A stretch of DNA of 64,000 nucleotides from Eledone cirrhosa (lineage: Eukaryota), in contig CAXHJY010000443.1 of the NCBI GenBank assembly GCA_964016885.1, positions 1-64,000 of the forward strand, written 5' to 3'. How positions within the stretch are numbered: the first letter of the stretch is position 1; every line of letters begins with the position of its first letter. Under the pieces are notes generated by a model. That model was not told the DNA's origin. It ran no database searches and saw only the letters and a list, made by a program, of their open reading frames with translations. Positions 1 to 16,604 of this stretch are shown piece by piece. Made by a program: the position numbers and the translations under genes.

Positions 1-323
1 TATATATATATATACACACATATATATATATACACACATATATATATATATATATACATATATACATATACATACATATATATATATACATATATATATA
101 TACATATATATATACACACACATATATATATATATATACATATATACATATACATACATATATATATATATATACATACATATATATACATATACATATA
201 TATATATACATGTATATATATACATATATATATATACATATATATATACATATATATATATATATACATATATATACATACATATATATATATACATATA
301 TATATATACATATATATATATAC

Positions 324-393
<70 letters not shown>

Positions 394-443
394 TTATATA
401 TACACATATATATATATACATATATATATACATATATATATAC

Positions 444-474
<31 letters not shown>

Positions 475-489
475 CATATATATATTTAC

Positions 490-536
<47 letters not shown>

Positions 537-537
537 C

Positions 538-580
<43 letters not shown>

Positions 581-603
581 TATATACATATATATATATA
601 TAC

Positions 604-680
<77 letters not shown>

Positions 681-724
681 CATATATATATATACATATA
701 TATATATACATATATATATACACA

Positions 725-838
<114 letters not shown>

Positions 839-862
839 CATATATACATATATATATACACA

Positions 863-912
<50 letters not shown>

Positions 913-915
913 TAG

Positions 916-946
<31 letters not shown>

Positions 947-1003
947 CATATATATATATACATATATATATACACATATATATATATATATACATATATA
1001 TAT

Positions 1004-1112
<109 letters not shown>

Positions 1113-1287
1113 TATATATATACATTGTTATACTTTGGGAGGGTCATGTTGCCAATAAGAAACACACGCACCAGTTGCTTTCACTTCAATTTATTATATA
1201 TTTATAAATTTATAAATTTACAAATCTACAAACTTATAAATTTCTGGTTGGTTGGTTGGTTCCACAACCAGATAGTTGTTTATATAT

Positions 1288-1332
1288 AGTCATAGTCCTT
1301 TCGTCACACACTCTGTGACCTCTTCAGTGACT
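1288..1332 (-). ncRNA. Minimal type I hammerhead ribozyme (family A pLTR)
   Basis: Minus strand reads AGTCA-CTGAAGA-GGTCACAGAGTGTGTGAC-GAAA-GGAC-TA-TGACT. Stem I is AGTCA/TGACT and stem II is GTCAC/GTGAC. Confidence 0.82.
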
Positions 1333-1588
1333 GGGGATTCCTTGCTTTGTTTCTGTGCCTTTCCTTTCTTCTGTCCTACGCCATTTTGTTTCTGTGTGTG
1401 TGTTGTGTGCTCAGTTTGCGCATGCGCCACATCCGGGTGTCTGTGTGTGTTTGTGTTCATTTATCTATTTGTTTATTTATTTATTTATTTATTGTTGGTT
1501 GGTTGTTTGTTCTATGTGTGTGTGTGTTTTCATTTTGTCCTTAATTGTAAGTTGTGATGTTGCTGTTCCGCTCATATTTTCTATTTAA

Positions 1589-2372
1589 TTATGGTTGTAA
1601 TTCTTTTATGCTTACTGCCTCTGTAATCTGCCTAAACATTGCATCTTTTCTGTGTGTGGATTCTATTTTTATTTCTATGTTCTCTAATTTACCCCTGTGT
1701 TCTATCTTAGCATGTTGGTAGAGCACAGATGATTCTTTATTATCTTGAAGGTCTCGCCAGTGTTCATTTATTCGTTCCCCTATACTACGAGCTGTCTCAC
1801 CTATGTACACTATATTTTTGTTTCTACATTGTCCTTCAGTACATCTTATGCTATACACTACATTTCTAGTTTTACAGTTAATATGGGTCTTATTTTACAG
1901 GTTATACATTTCTTATCTATACATGAGGGTCTTTGGAATGGGTATGTCTTGCTAATAAATGTTTTTACGGAGGTACCTGGTCTTTCTACTATCTTAATAT
2001 TGAGTTTATGTTTATTTAGGGCCCTTCTAAATTTGTAGGCTAGTTCGCCTCTAGGGGTTGTATTGATGAACATTACACTCTGGTATTTATTGCTATCATA
2101 CCATGAGTTTATTCTATTGGCCTTGTTCCTAGTTCTTTCTATTCTATTCCAAAATTTGCTCCTATACAAGGGGCAGGTCCCATTTATGTCATTATTTACC
2201 ATTTTTTCCCATTTGGTTCTGGCTCCTCTATACACTCTGATTCTATCTCTCTGATTGTAGCCAGAGAACTGCATACGGTGGATGAAGTGTTGTATGTGTC
2301 TCTCTAGTTCTTCGGGGTTGCACATGCGGGACACATTTCTCATCACCCGTACCAAATCCGCAATCAGTATGT
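1589..2372 (-). pseudogene. PLE RT C-terminus plus GIY-YIG endonuclease fragment, frameshifted
   Basis: INILIADLVRVMRNVS...CIDKKCITCK, then VYSIRCTEGQC...VYIGETARSIGERINEH, with a frameshift near 1885. Confidence 0.88.
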
Positions 2373-2675
2373 TGATGAAAACACACACACACATAGAACA
2401 ACGAACTAGTTCTTCGGGGTTGCACATGCGGGACACATTTCTCATCACCCGTACCAAATCCGCAATCAGTAGGTTGATGAAAACACACACACACATAGAA
2501 CAAACAACCAACCAACAATAAATAAATAAATAAATAAACAAATAGATAAATGAACACAAACACACAGACACCCGGATGTGGCGCATGCGCAAACTGAGCA
2601 AACAACACACACACAGAAACAAAATGGCGTAGGACAGAAGAAAGGAAAGGCACAGAAACAAAGCAAGGAATCACC

Positions 2676-2720
2676 AGTCACTGAAGAGGTCACAGAGTGT
2701 GTGACGAAAGGACTATGACT
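2676..2720 (+). ncRNA. Minimal type I hammerhead ribozyme (family A pLTR)
   Basis: agtca CTGAAGA ggtcacagagtgtgtgac GAAA ggac TA tgact. Confidence 0.82.
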
Positions 2721-2952
2721 ATATATAAACAACTATCTGGTTGTGGAACCAACCAACCAACCAGGAATTTATAAGTTTGTAGATTTGTAAATTTATAACT
2801 TTATAAATATATAATAAACTGAAGTGAAAGCAACTGGTGAATGTGTTTCTTATTGGCAACATGACCCTCCCAAAGTATAACAATATCGGTTTCAACAAAC
2901 GATTTCAGATAAAGAATCTTGCTAAACAAATTCAGAAACGAAATATATATAT

Positions 2953-3079
<127 letters not shown>

Positions 3080-3085
3080 TATATT

Positions 3086-3119
<34 letters not shown>

Positions 3120-3127
3120 ATATATAC

Positions 3128-3250
<123 letters not shown>

Positions 3251-3265
3251 TATATATATATATAC

Positions 3266-3412
<147 letters not shown>

Positions 3413-3441
3413 CATATATACATATATATATATATACATAC

Positions 3442-3472
<31 letters not shown>

Positions 3473-3499
3473 CATATATATACATATATACATATATAC

Positions 3500-3622
<123 letters not shown>

Positions 3623-3623
3623 C

Positions 3624-3655
<32 letters not shown>

Positions 3656-3660
3656 GTATA

Positions 3661-3931
3661 TAATAAAGTTAAATAAAAGTCAAATGATTAAAATTTAGCT
3701 TCGTTTATTACTGCTATATATATTTCAGTGACAGCCATCTTTGGCTGTGACCTCTTCAGGCAGTTTGAATTAGTATGGTATAGACAAGTACATATGTTGT
3801 TTAGGTGTATGATATTGTCAATACTCTGATATGCCCAGTTCCTTGTTGGGTTGTTAATTCACTGGGGGACTGGAGTCGAGTGCTCCAGCCTGCATACTGA
3901 GGTGTTGGTATACAACCAACATAAACTCAAA
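3661..3931 (-). mobile_element. Short ORF-less HHR-bearing insertion (solo pLTR / retrozyme-like)
   Basis: ~270 bp of unique sequence between TA arrays, containing an HHR. Confidence 0.6.
3710..3764 (-). ncRNA. Type I hammerhead ribozyme
   Basis: Minus strand reads actgc CTGAAGA ggtcacagccaaagatggctgtcact GAAA tatata TA gcagt. Stem I is ACTGC/GCAGT. Confidence 0.82.
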
Positions 3932-3940
3932 ATATATATG

Positions 3941-4035
<95 letters not shown>

Positions 4036-4268
4036 GTATATATATATATGTATATATGTATATATATATATGTATATGTATATATATATATGTATATATA
4101 TATATGTATATATATATATGTATATGTATATGTATATATATATATGTATATATATATATGTATATATATATATGTATATGTATATGTATATATATATATG
4201 TATATATATATATGTATATGTATATATATATATGTATATATATATATGTATATATATATATGTATATA

Positions 4269-4359
<91 letters not shown>

Positions 4360-4405
4360 GTATATATATATATATATATATATGTATATACATATATATA
4401 TATAC

Positions 4406-4765
<360 letters not shown>

Positions 4766-4766
4766 C

Positions 4767-5039
<273 letters not shown>

Positions 5040-5156
5040 CATATATATATACATATATATATATACATATATATATATACATATATATATATACATATAT
5101 ATATATACATATATATACATATATATATATACATATATATATATACATATATATAC

Positions 5157-5191
<35 letters not shown>

Positions 5192-5456
5192 CATACATAT
5201 ATATATATACATACATATATATATATATATACATACATATATATATATATATATACATACATATATATATATATATACATACATATATATATATATATAC
5301 ATACATATATATATATATATACATACATATATATATATATACATACATATATATACATATATACATATATACATATATATATACATATATACATATATAT
5401 ATACATATATACATATATATACATATATATACATATATATATATACATATATATAC

Positions 5457-5557
<101 letters not shown>

Positions 5558-5640
5558 TGTATATACATATATATATATATGTATATACATATATATATAT
5601 ATATACATGTATATACATATATATATATATATGTATATAC

Positions 5641-5680
<40 letters not shown>

Positions 5681-5775
5681 GTATATACATATATATATAT
5701 ATGTATATACATATATATATATATATGTATATACATATATATATATATATGTATATACATATATATATATATATG

Positions 5776-5824
<49 letters not shown>

Positions 5825-6024
5825 GTATATATATATATGTATATATATGTATATATATATATGTATATATATATATGTATATATATATATGTATATATGT
5901 AAAGTTATATTTAAAATTGTTGGGTTACAACTACTAAATATTTATAACTGATATAAAAGCACTCGACAAATATTTGGAGTATATTTACAATATTAAATAA
6001 ATGGAAAACTATATTTATAAAACC

Positions 6025-6101
6025 ATATTTATTTCATTATATATATTTCGGGGATATCATATTAACAATATGCTATGCCTTCATCAGACAAAATACAATA
6101 T
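6025..6101 (-). ncRNA. Hammerhead ribozyme (family B1)
   Basis: Reverse complement of the motif at 9465-9540. Confidence 0.72.
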
Positions 6102-6559
6102 AAACAGTTTTATAGATAAATAGATTCGACATACCGTAATAAACATCGACTTCATTTGAAGAGGTTTACGCTAGCAGTGAAAATTTTATACAGAGAGAAA
6201 GAAAGAGAGAAAAAAAGAAAGAAAAAAGAAAGAAAGACAAAACGAAGAAAAGGAAGAAAAAGAAGAAAAAGAAAAAGAAGAAATGCATGGAACAAAATAG
6301 AGAGATGGAAATATAGATAAAGCGAAGAGCTTCATGTAAAGAACCAGAAAGAGATATATATATATAGAGAGAGAGGAAATAGAGATAGATACATATATAT
6401 ATAGAAAATTAGAAAATTAGGTAGTGGGAGGTCATTTTGAGTAAGTGTATCAATGATACATTTATTTATTTATTTATTTAGCTCAAGTATTAATGTAAGG
6501 GAGATATATAGAGAGAGAGAAAAATATAGAGAGAGGAAAAAATAGCGAGAGAAAAAAAT

Positions 6560-8027
6560 ATTATTCTTCTATTACCCCTAGTCTACTAAATAAGGCACTA
6601 AATTACGCATTCAAACATACTGACCTAACTAGCAAAGAAATGCATATTATATTATCGGCTAGGAAAACTTTGATAGAATTTAATGACCAACTATGGACCA
6701 GAGCAGATAGAGATAGCAATTTTGACATAACTATGGGATCTTCCGACTCAGCTCAGGTAACTGACCTTGTGGGCTTATTTTTAATCAATTCGCTACATAG
6801 GAAAATACCTGGTACTACCGGAGGTTTATATAGGGATGACATGCTTTTACTTATTAATAATAATAACCCTGAACTAAATAGAAAATGTAAACAAATTACG
6901 AAATTTTTTAATTACTTTAACCTTAAAATAGAAATTGAGAACAACCATAGAATAGTCAATTTCCTAGATATAACATTAAATCTCAACACATGTCTCCACT
7001 ATCCTTTTCACAAGTTGAATGAAAACTTAAACTATGTCAACTTTAACTCTAACCACCCCAGATCTGTCAAAAACACTATAGTAAACTCAGTCCAAAAACG
7101 TATCTCTAGGATCTCGTCGAATAGAAAGATTTTTGACGAAAAGGCCCAGTACTATAATGATGCACTAGCTAGGGCAGGATATGCTGATAAGATTGTGTAC
7201 ATAGATAATGATAGACAAACTAAACAAAGTAACAACTTTTTTAATTACGGCAACAACATTAACAACTATAATAGAAAGCTAATTACGGCAACAACATTAA
7301 CAACTATAATAGAAAGCATTACAATAATTCCAAAGGACAAAAAAGAAATAGAACTAGGAACATAATTTGGTTTGCCCCCCCTTTCTCACTAAACATTAAA
7401 ACCCACATCGCTAAATTATTTTTCAAAGCTCTTGATAATCGCTTCCCTAGAACACATAGGTATCACTCAATCTTCAATAGGCATACAATTAAATTAACTT
7501 ACTCATCCACCAAAAATTTAGCACAAAATATTAATAGAATAAATAATAGGAACTTAAAACCTACTGATAATAGCATAAATAATATACAAGTTAACAAATG
7601 TAACTGTAGAGATAGATCTAAATGTCCGTTAAATAACAACTGCTTAGTTAAAAATATAGTATACAATTGTAATGTTAATACTGACTCTAATTCTTTTAAC
7701 TACGTCGGTTCCACATCGACGGAATTTAAACTTCGCTATAATAACCACAAGAATTCTTTCACAGATCCAAGTAAAAAATCTTCAATGGCACTATCAGGCG
7801 TACTCTGGCAACTTAAGCTAGATAACGTTAGATATTCGACGGCTTGGAATATAGTCTCAAGAGGGATTCCTTTTAATTCATCCTCTGAGACATGTGACCT
7901 CTGCGCAGAGGAGATATTCTTTATACTAAAATCTAAAAATTCCCTTAACCTACGGACAAATTTATTCAGTTGTTGCAAACATAGATTAAACTCAACGTTT
8001 AAATATAAATTTAAATTTAAAATGTAG
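6560..8027 (+). pseudogene. Naiad-like PLE reverse transcriptase plus GIY-YIG endonuclease (5'-truncated, frameshifted)
   Basis: Motifs FDITMGSSDSAQVTDLVG, GGLYRDD, VNFLDITL, SNHP, CNCRDRSKCPLNNNC, NIVYNC...YVGST, CDLC and CCKH. A 38-bp tandem duplication (7243-7318) shifts the frame. Confidence 0.9.
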
Positions 8028-9464
8028 TATATTTAGTTTGATTTATATTTATATGAGAACTAGCCGATAAATTTTTGATTCCTAAATTTTTGATTCCCTC
8101 TTTTTACTCTTTTTATTGTTTATTTTTATTTTATTTTTATCTAAACATTCCTCATGAAAAATTAAGCTATCCTAAAAGCTGATGCTCCAAATTTTTTGAA
8201 TTAACCTTACACTAGATAAACTTCTATATTAATTATACGAACATATGTAGACATAATTGGACATCATAATCTTTTTGAAATGTTCTTTGCTAGATGTGAT
8301 TTGATAGATAATTTTTGGCTTTGTCTTGTAATGAACTTGGCAATATATTGTCAATTAACTTTGAAGGGTTGTTCTTTGTGGCTTATTTTTATTTTTATTT
8401 TTATTTTTATTTTTTAGTATTGTAGTATTCTATAATATTATTTTTTATTTTTTATTTTTATTTTATTTATTTTTATTTTGAATATCTTTAATATGTAAAA
8501 TTTTTAATACGTAATATTTTTAATACGTAGTATTTTTAATATGTAATATTTTTATTATGTAATATTCTTTCGTAATATTTTTTTTAGTTTTCTATTCTAT
8601 ATTTTTACTTATTATTATTATTGTTATCTTTTTATTTTTAGTTTTATAATATAATATATATTTTTATTAGTATATTGAAATCTGCTCTCTATTTCTGCTT
8701 GATAGATAATCTTGTAGAGTAATTGACAGGAATAATAATACGCTCAAATATTTATACCACATTGAGAATGTTTTCCGGTAACCTAGAGTTTGCAGAGTGA
8801 ATCAATTGGATTCGCATGGATGTTTGTAGCTGTCACATAAACATATGAATTTTTTAAAACTAAACATAAGATAATTAATTTTCACACATTATGGATACTT
8901 GTTTCATTCAGAAATACTGATATTTACAATATAGTGTAAGTTTTATAAATACTAATACATTAAAGCATAGGGTTTTTACGCCTCGAATATGTCTGGCTAT
9001 TTTTAAATTTTTTTCTCTCGCTATTTTTTCCTCTCTCTATATTTTTCTCTCTATATATATATCTCCCTTACATTAATACTTGAGCTAAATAAATAAATAA
9101 ATAAATAAATGTATCATTGATACACTTACTCAAAATGACCTCCCACTACCTAATTTTCTAATTTTCTATATATATATGTATCTATCTCTATTTCCTCTCT
9201 CTCTATATATATATATCTCTTTCTGGTTCTTTACATGAAGCTCTTCGCTTTATCTATATTTCCATCTCTCTATTTTGTTCCATGCATTTCTTCTTTTTCT
9301 TTTTCTTCTTTTTCTTGCTTTTCTTCGTTTTGTCTTTCTTTCTTTTTTCTTTCTTTTTTCTCTCTTTCTTTCTGTATAAAATTTTCACTGCTAGCGTAAA
9401 CCTCTTCAAATGAAGTCGATGTTTATTACGGTATGTCGAATCTATTTATCTATAAAACTGTTTA

Positions 9465-9540
9465 TATTGTATTTTGTCTGATGAAGGCATAGCATATTGT
9501 TAATATGATATCCCCGAAATATATATAATGAAATAAATAT
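9465..9540 (+). ncRNA. Hammerhead ribozyme (family B1)
   Basis: tattttgt CTGATGA aggcatagcatattgttaatatgatatcccc GAAA tatata TA atgaaata. Stem I relies on G-U pairs. Confidence 0.72.
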
Positions 9541-9585
9541 GGTTTTATAAATATAGTTTTCCATTTATTTAATATTGTATATATG

Positions 9586-9668
<83 letters not shown>

Positions 9669-9703
9669 GTATATACATATATATATATATATATATACAT
9701 ATG

Positions 9704-9827
<124 letters not shown>

Positions 9828-9869
9828 TATACATATATATATTTATATATATATGTATATATATATATG

Positions 9870-9924
<55 letters not shown>

Positions 9925-10021
9925 GTATATATATATGTATATATATATATATATATATACACATATATATATGTATATATATATATACATATATATATGT
10001 ATATATATATATATACATATA

Positions 10022-10062
<41 letters not shown>

Positions 10063-10071
10063 GTATATATG

Positions 10072-10272
<201 letters not shown>

Positions 10273-10307
10273 GTATATATGTATATGTATATATATATAT
10301 ACATATA

Positions 10308-10348
<41 letters not shown>

Positions 10349-10384
10349 GTATATATGTATATGTATATATATATACATATATAT

Positions 10385-10483
<99 letters not shown>

Positions 10484-10507
10484 TATGTATATGTATATAT
10501 GTATATG

Positions 10508-10558
<51 letters not shown>

Positions 10559-10565
10559 GTATATG

Positions 10566-10597
<32 letters not shown>

Positions 10598-10609
10598 CAT
10601 ATGTATATG

Positions 10610-10640
<31 letters not shown>

Positions 10641-10653
10641 GTATATACATATA

Positions 10654-10699
<46 letters not shown>

Positions 10700-10711
10700 C
10701 ATATATATATG

Positions 10712-10751
<40 letters not shown>

Positions 10752-10773
10752 TGTATATGTATATATGTATATG

Positions 10774-10809
<36 letters not shown>

Positions 10810-10821
10810 CATATATATATG

Positions 10822-10877
<56 letters not shown>

Positions 10878-10878
10878 C

Positions 10879-10949
<71 letters not shown>

Positions 10950-10992
10950 CATATATATATGTATATATATATATATGTATATATATATATAC

Positions 10993-11051
<59 letters not shown>

Positions 11052-11052
11052 C

Positions 11053-11084
<32 letters not shown>

Positions 11085-11085
11085 C

Positions 11086-11194
<109 letters not shown>

Positions 11195-11211
11195 GTATAT
11201 ATTTATATACA

Positions 11212-11305
<94 letters not shown>

Positions 11306-11343
11306 CATATATATATATGTATATATATATACATATATATATG

Positions 11344-11477
<134 letters not shown>

Positions 11478-11545
11478 TATATGTATATATATATATATAT
11501 ATATACATATATATATGTATATATATATATATATATATACATATA

Positions 11546-11595
<50 letters not shown>

Positions 11596-11663
11596 TATAT
11601 GTATATATATATATATATATATACATATATATATGTATATATATATATATATATATACATATA

Positions 11664-11755
<92 letters not shown>

Positions 11756-11756
<1 letters not shown>

Positions 11757-13087
11757 TTCAGTTTAGTAGTCAGTTACAAATATTAAGCTCTAAGAAAATA
11801 CTTCTGAGCATTACATTATAATTTTAAAAAATATATGATCAACACTACTGTGTTTTTTTTCCAAAATGACAATAATTTTTTAGCCAGATAGTAATACCTT
11901 AATTCAAGTACATATAGTCCGACTGTATCGATCTAGAGAATATTAAATATTAAATCTATACTTACAGACGTAAAATGGCAACTGCCTGGTGCCTAGACAA
12001 GTTTAAATTTCAAAATTCAAACCTTTTCAGCAGATCGGGCGGAACTTCAAAACATAAACCTGTTTCACAAGGGATGTTATACTAATGAAATAATTAATTA
12101 ATTACGGAACAACTATTTATAAAAAAGAGGGCGGTGGATTGGCAGTATCGGTAGAGGGTCGTAACTATGCTTTCCAGCATAGTTACGTCCCTTTACGATC
12201 TGAGTTCAAATCCCGCCGAGGTTGACTTTGCCTTTCATCCTTACGGGGTCGATAAAATAAAGTACCAGTAATGCACTGGGTAATTGCTGGCCTTGTGCCT
12301 AAAGTAGAAAAAAAAAAAATTATTAGTAAAGCAATCAATTTTCTGTGATCTTCGGTATGCACCCAGAAATTAAAATCACTTCTCCTAAGATAATATCTTA
12401 AGACTGATCTGTCGCAAGCCTAATACATGTGCTTTTGCACACGACCTTCTCAGCATTCTGGCTCATATCCATGGCGCTAGAAATAGCAGCCGCGAATATG
12501 TGATTATGAATTCAGCTAACCGTAGGAGCAGATTAATTTCAGTTTAGTAGTCAGTTACAAATATTAAGCTCTATTCGCGGCTGCTATTTGTAGCGCCATG
12601 GATATGAGCCAGAATGCTGAGAAGGTCGTGTGCAAAAGCACATGTATTAGGCTTGCGACAGATCAGCCTTAAGATATTATCTTAGAAGTGATTTTAATTT
12701 CTGGGTGCCTACCGAAGATCACAGAAAATAGTTGTTCCGTAATTAATTAATTATTTCATTAGTATAACATCCCTTGTGAAACAGGTTTATGTTTTGAAGT
12801 TCCGCCCGATCTGCTGAAAAGGTTTGAATTTTGAAATTTAAACTTGTCTAGGCACCAGGCAGTTGCCATTTTACGTCTGTAAGTATAGATTTAATATTTA
12901 ATATTCTCTAGATCGATACAGTCGGACTATATGTACTTGAATTAAGGTATTTCTATCTGGCTAAAAAATTATTGTCATTTTGGAAAAAAAACACAGTAGT
13001 GTTGATCATATATTTTTTAAAATTATAATGTAATGCTCAGAAGTATTTTCTTAGAGCTTAATATTTGTAACTGACTACTAAACTGAA

Positions 13088-13088
<1 letters not shown>
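11756..13088. repeat. Fold-back (inverted duplication) insert without ORF or HHR
   Basis: 11756-12117 is inverted at ~12727-13088 and 12338-12497 is inverted at ~12573-12728. The terminal ~36 bp is repeated directly at 12537-12572. Confidence 0.85.
12128..12310 (+). mobile_element. tRNA-derived SINE with Meta-domain-like core
   Basis: A-box-like GGATTGGCAGTATCGG, B-box GAGTTCAAATCC, then GACTTTGCCTTTCATCCTTACGGGGTCGATAAAATAAAGTACCAG. Copies at 59318 and 62230. Confidence 0.8.
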
Positions 13089-13184
<96 letters not shown>

Positions 13185-13191
13185 CATATAA

Positions 13192-13262
<71 letters not shown>

Positions 13263-13263
13263 C

Positions 13264-13309
<46 letters not shown>

Positions 13310-13458
13310 GTATATATATATATACATATATATATGTATATATATATATGTATATATATATACATATATATATATACATATATATATATATATGTATATA
13401 TATATATGTATATATATATATACATATATATATACATATATATACATTTATACATACA

Positions 13459-13520
<62 letters not shown>

Positions 13521-13521
13521 C

Positions 13522-13552
<31 letters not shown>

Positions 13553-13704
13553 CATGTATATTTATATATATATATATGTATATACATATATATATATATA
13601 TACATATATATATAGATATATATACATATAGATATATATACATATATATACATATATATATATATACATATATATACATATATATATATATACATATATA
13701 TACA

Positions 13705-13943
<239 letters not shown>

Positions 13944-13961
13944 TTATACATATATATATAC

Positions 13962-14006
<45 letters not shown>

Positions 14007-14112
14007 CATATGTACATATATATATATATATATATATGTACATATATATATATATATATATGTACATATATATATATATATGTACATATATATATATATA
14101 TATGTACATATA

Positions 14113-14155
<43 letters not shown>

Positions 14156-14237
14156 GTACATATATATATATATATATATGTACATATATATATATGTACA
14201 CATATATATATATGTACATATATATATATATATGTAC

Positions 14238-14269
<32 letters not shown>

Positions 14270-14356
14270 GTACATATACATATATATATATATGTACATA
14301 TATATATATATACATATATATATATATGTACATATACATATATATATATATGTACA

Positions 14357-14397
<41 letters not shown>

Positions 14398-14425
14398 GTA
14401 CATATATATATATATATATATGTAC

Positions 14426-14464
<39 letters not shown>

Positions 14465-14570
14465 CATATATATATATATATATATGTACATATATATATA
14501 TATATATGTACATATATATATATATATATATATACATATGTATATATATATATATATACATATATGTACA

Positions 14571-14608
<38 letters not shown>

Positions 14609-14609
14609 C

Positions 14610-14791
<182 letters not shown>

Positions 14792-14850
14792 GAGTCCAGA
14801 ATTAGCCGTCGAAACGGCTTGAGCTCAGCTGTCGGGGTCTTACTGGTTCC

Positions 14851-14950
<100 letters not shown>

Positions 14951-14989
14951 TATACATATATAGATATATATATATATATATGTATATAC

Positions 14990-15094
<105 letters not shown>

Positions 15095-15116
15095 CATAGA
15101 TATAGATATACATAGA

Positions 15117-15156
<40 letters not shown>

Positions 15157-15175
15157 CATAGATATAGATATACAT

Positions 15176-15242
<67 letters not shown>

Positions 15243-15271
15243 CATATATATACATATATATACATATATAC

Positions 15272-15330
<59 letters not shown>

Positions 15331-15333
<3 letters not shown>

Positions 15334-15940
15334 ATCGTCGGCAAATCACTGATGAGGGACTTATTTTATTACATGTTATCCATGTGCAACCAGCAGTATT
15401 CTTCTCCCCATTTTTTCACATATATTTACCTAAACTGCGATTCTGTTTTTTTCTCTCTGTCTCTCTCTTACTGCTCCCTCGCTCTCTCTGTTTCTCCCAC
15501 TTTCTTTCGCCCCCTCTGTCATGTCAGTTAACTCTTCCTCACACTTCCACTCACTCACTCACTCACTGTTTCTCCTCTTCTCACTTCACCCCGTTCGCGA
15601 CGAAATCATTTTCTCTCTTTCTCACATTTGAATTCGCTCCTGAAAGGTCTTTTTTATAAGCGCTCATATATTCACCTAGCTTATGCTAACAGAATAACTA
15701 TGAAGCTTGTTCCCTTCCTTCTACGGTTAGCTATCCTCTTTGTTGTTATCTTGTTTCGCTCGCTTTATGCGTTTTAATTGTCCTAATAACTTAATTTAGT
15801 TATTATTGCACCGACGTGAGGTATATGATTTTTAATGCAATGAAATATCTATGATCGTCGGCAAATCACTGATGAGGGACTTATTTTATTACATGTTATC
15901 CATGTGCAACCAGCAGTATTCTTCTCCCCATTTTTTCACA
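15331..15940 (+). mobile_element. ORF-less element with ~90-bp direct terminal repeats (period 520 bp)
   Basis: TGATCGTCGGCAAATCACTGATGAGGG...TTTTTTCACA at 15332 and again at 15852. Confidence 0.7.
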
Positions 15941-15942
15941 TA

Positions 15943-16014
<72 letters not shown>

Positions 16015-16032
16015 TATATACATATATATACA

Positions 16033-16396
<364 letters not shown>

Positions 16397-16397
16397 C

Positions 16398-16496
<99 letters not shown>

Positions 16497-16529
16497 ATTA
16501 AATAAATGGAAACTATATTTATAAAACCA

Positions 16530-16604
16530 TATTTATCTCATTATATATATTTCAGGGATATCATATTAACAATATGCTATGCCTTCCTCAGACAAAATAC
16601 AATA
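16530..16604 (-). ncRNA. Hammerhead ribozyme (family B1, CTGAGGA core)
   Basis: Reverse complement of 18882-18958. Confidence 0.68.

Larger units (their letters stand above)
1124..2941 (-). mobile_element. 5'-truncated Penelope-like element (family A, probably Neptune-like) with ~410-bp inverted terminal arms
   Basis: 1124-1533 is the reverse complement of ~2477-2884. The interior encodes the RT thumb, Cys linker and GIY-YIG domain. It is nearly identical to 33240-34110. Confidence 0.9.
5900..9578 (+). mobile_element. 5'-truncated Naiad-like Penelope element (family B1) with inverted pLTR arm
   Basis: ~5986-6560 is the reverse complement of ~9007-9578. An RT-GIY-YIG ORF remnant lies at 6560-8027, followed by a long AT-rich 3'UTR. 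Confidence 0.9.

Noticed and set aside
12128-12220. tRNA gene
   Set aside because: A/B boxes are present but there is no cloverleaf, and it continues into a SINE core found several times in the window.
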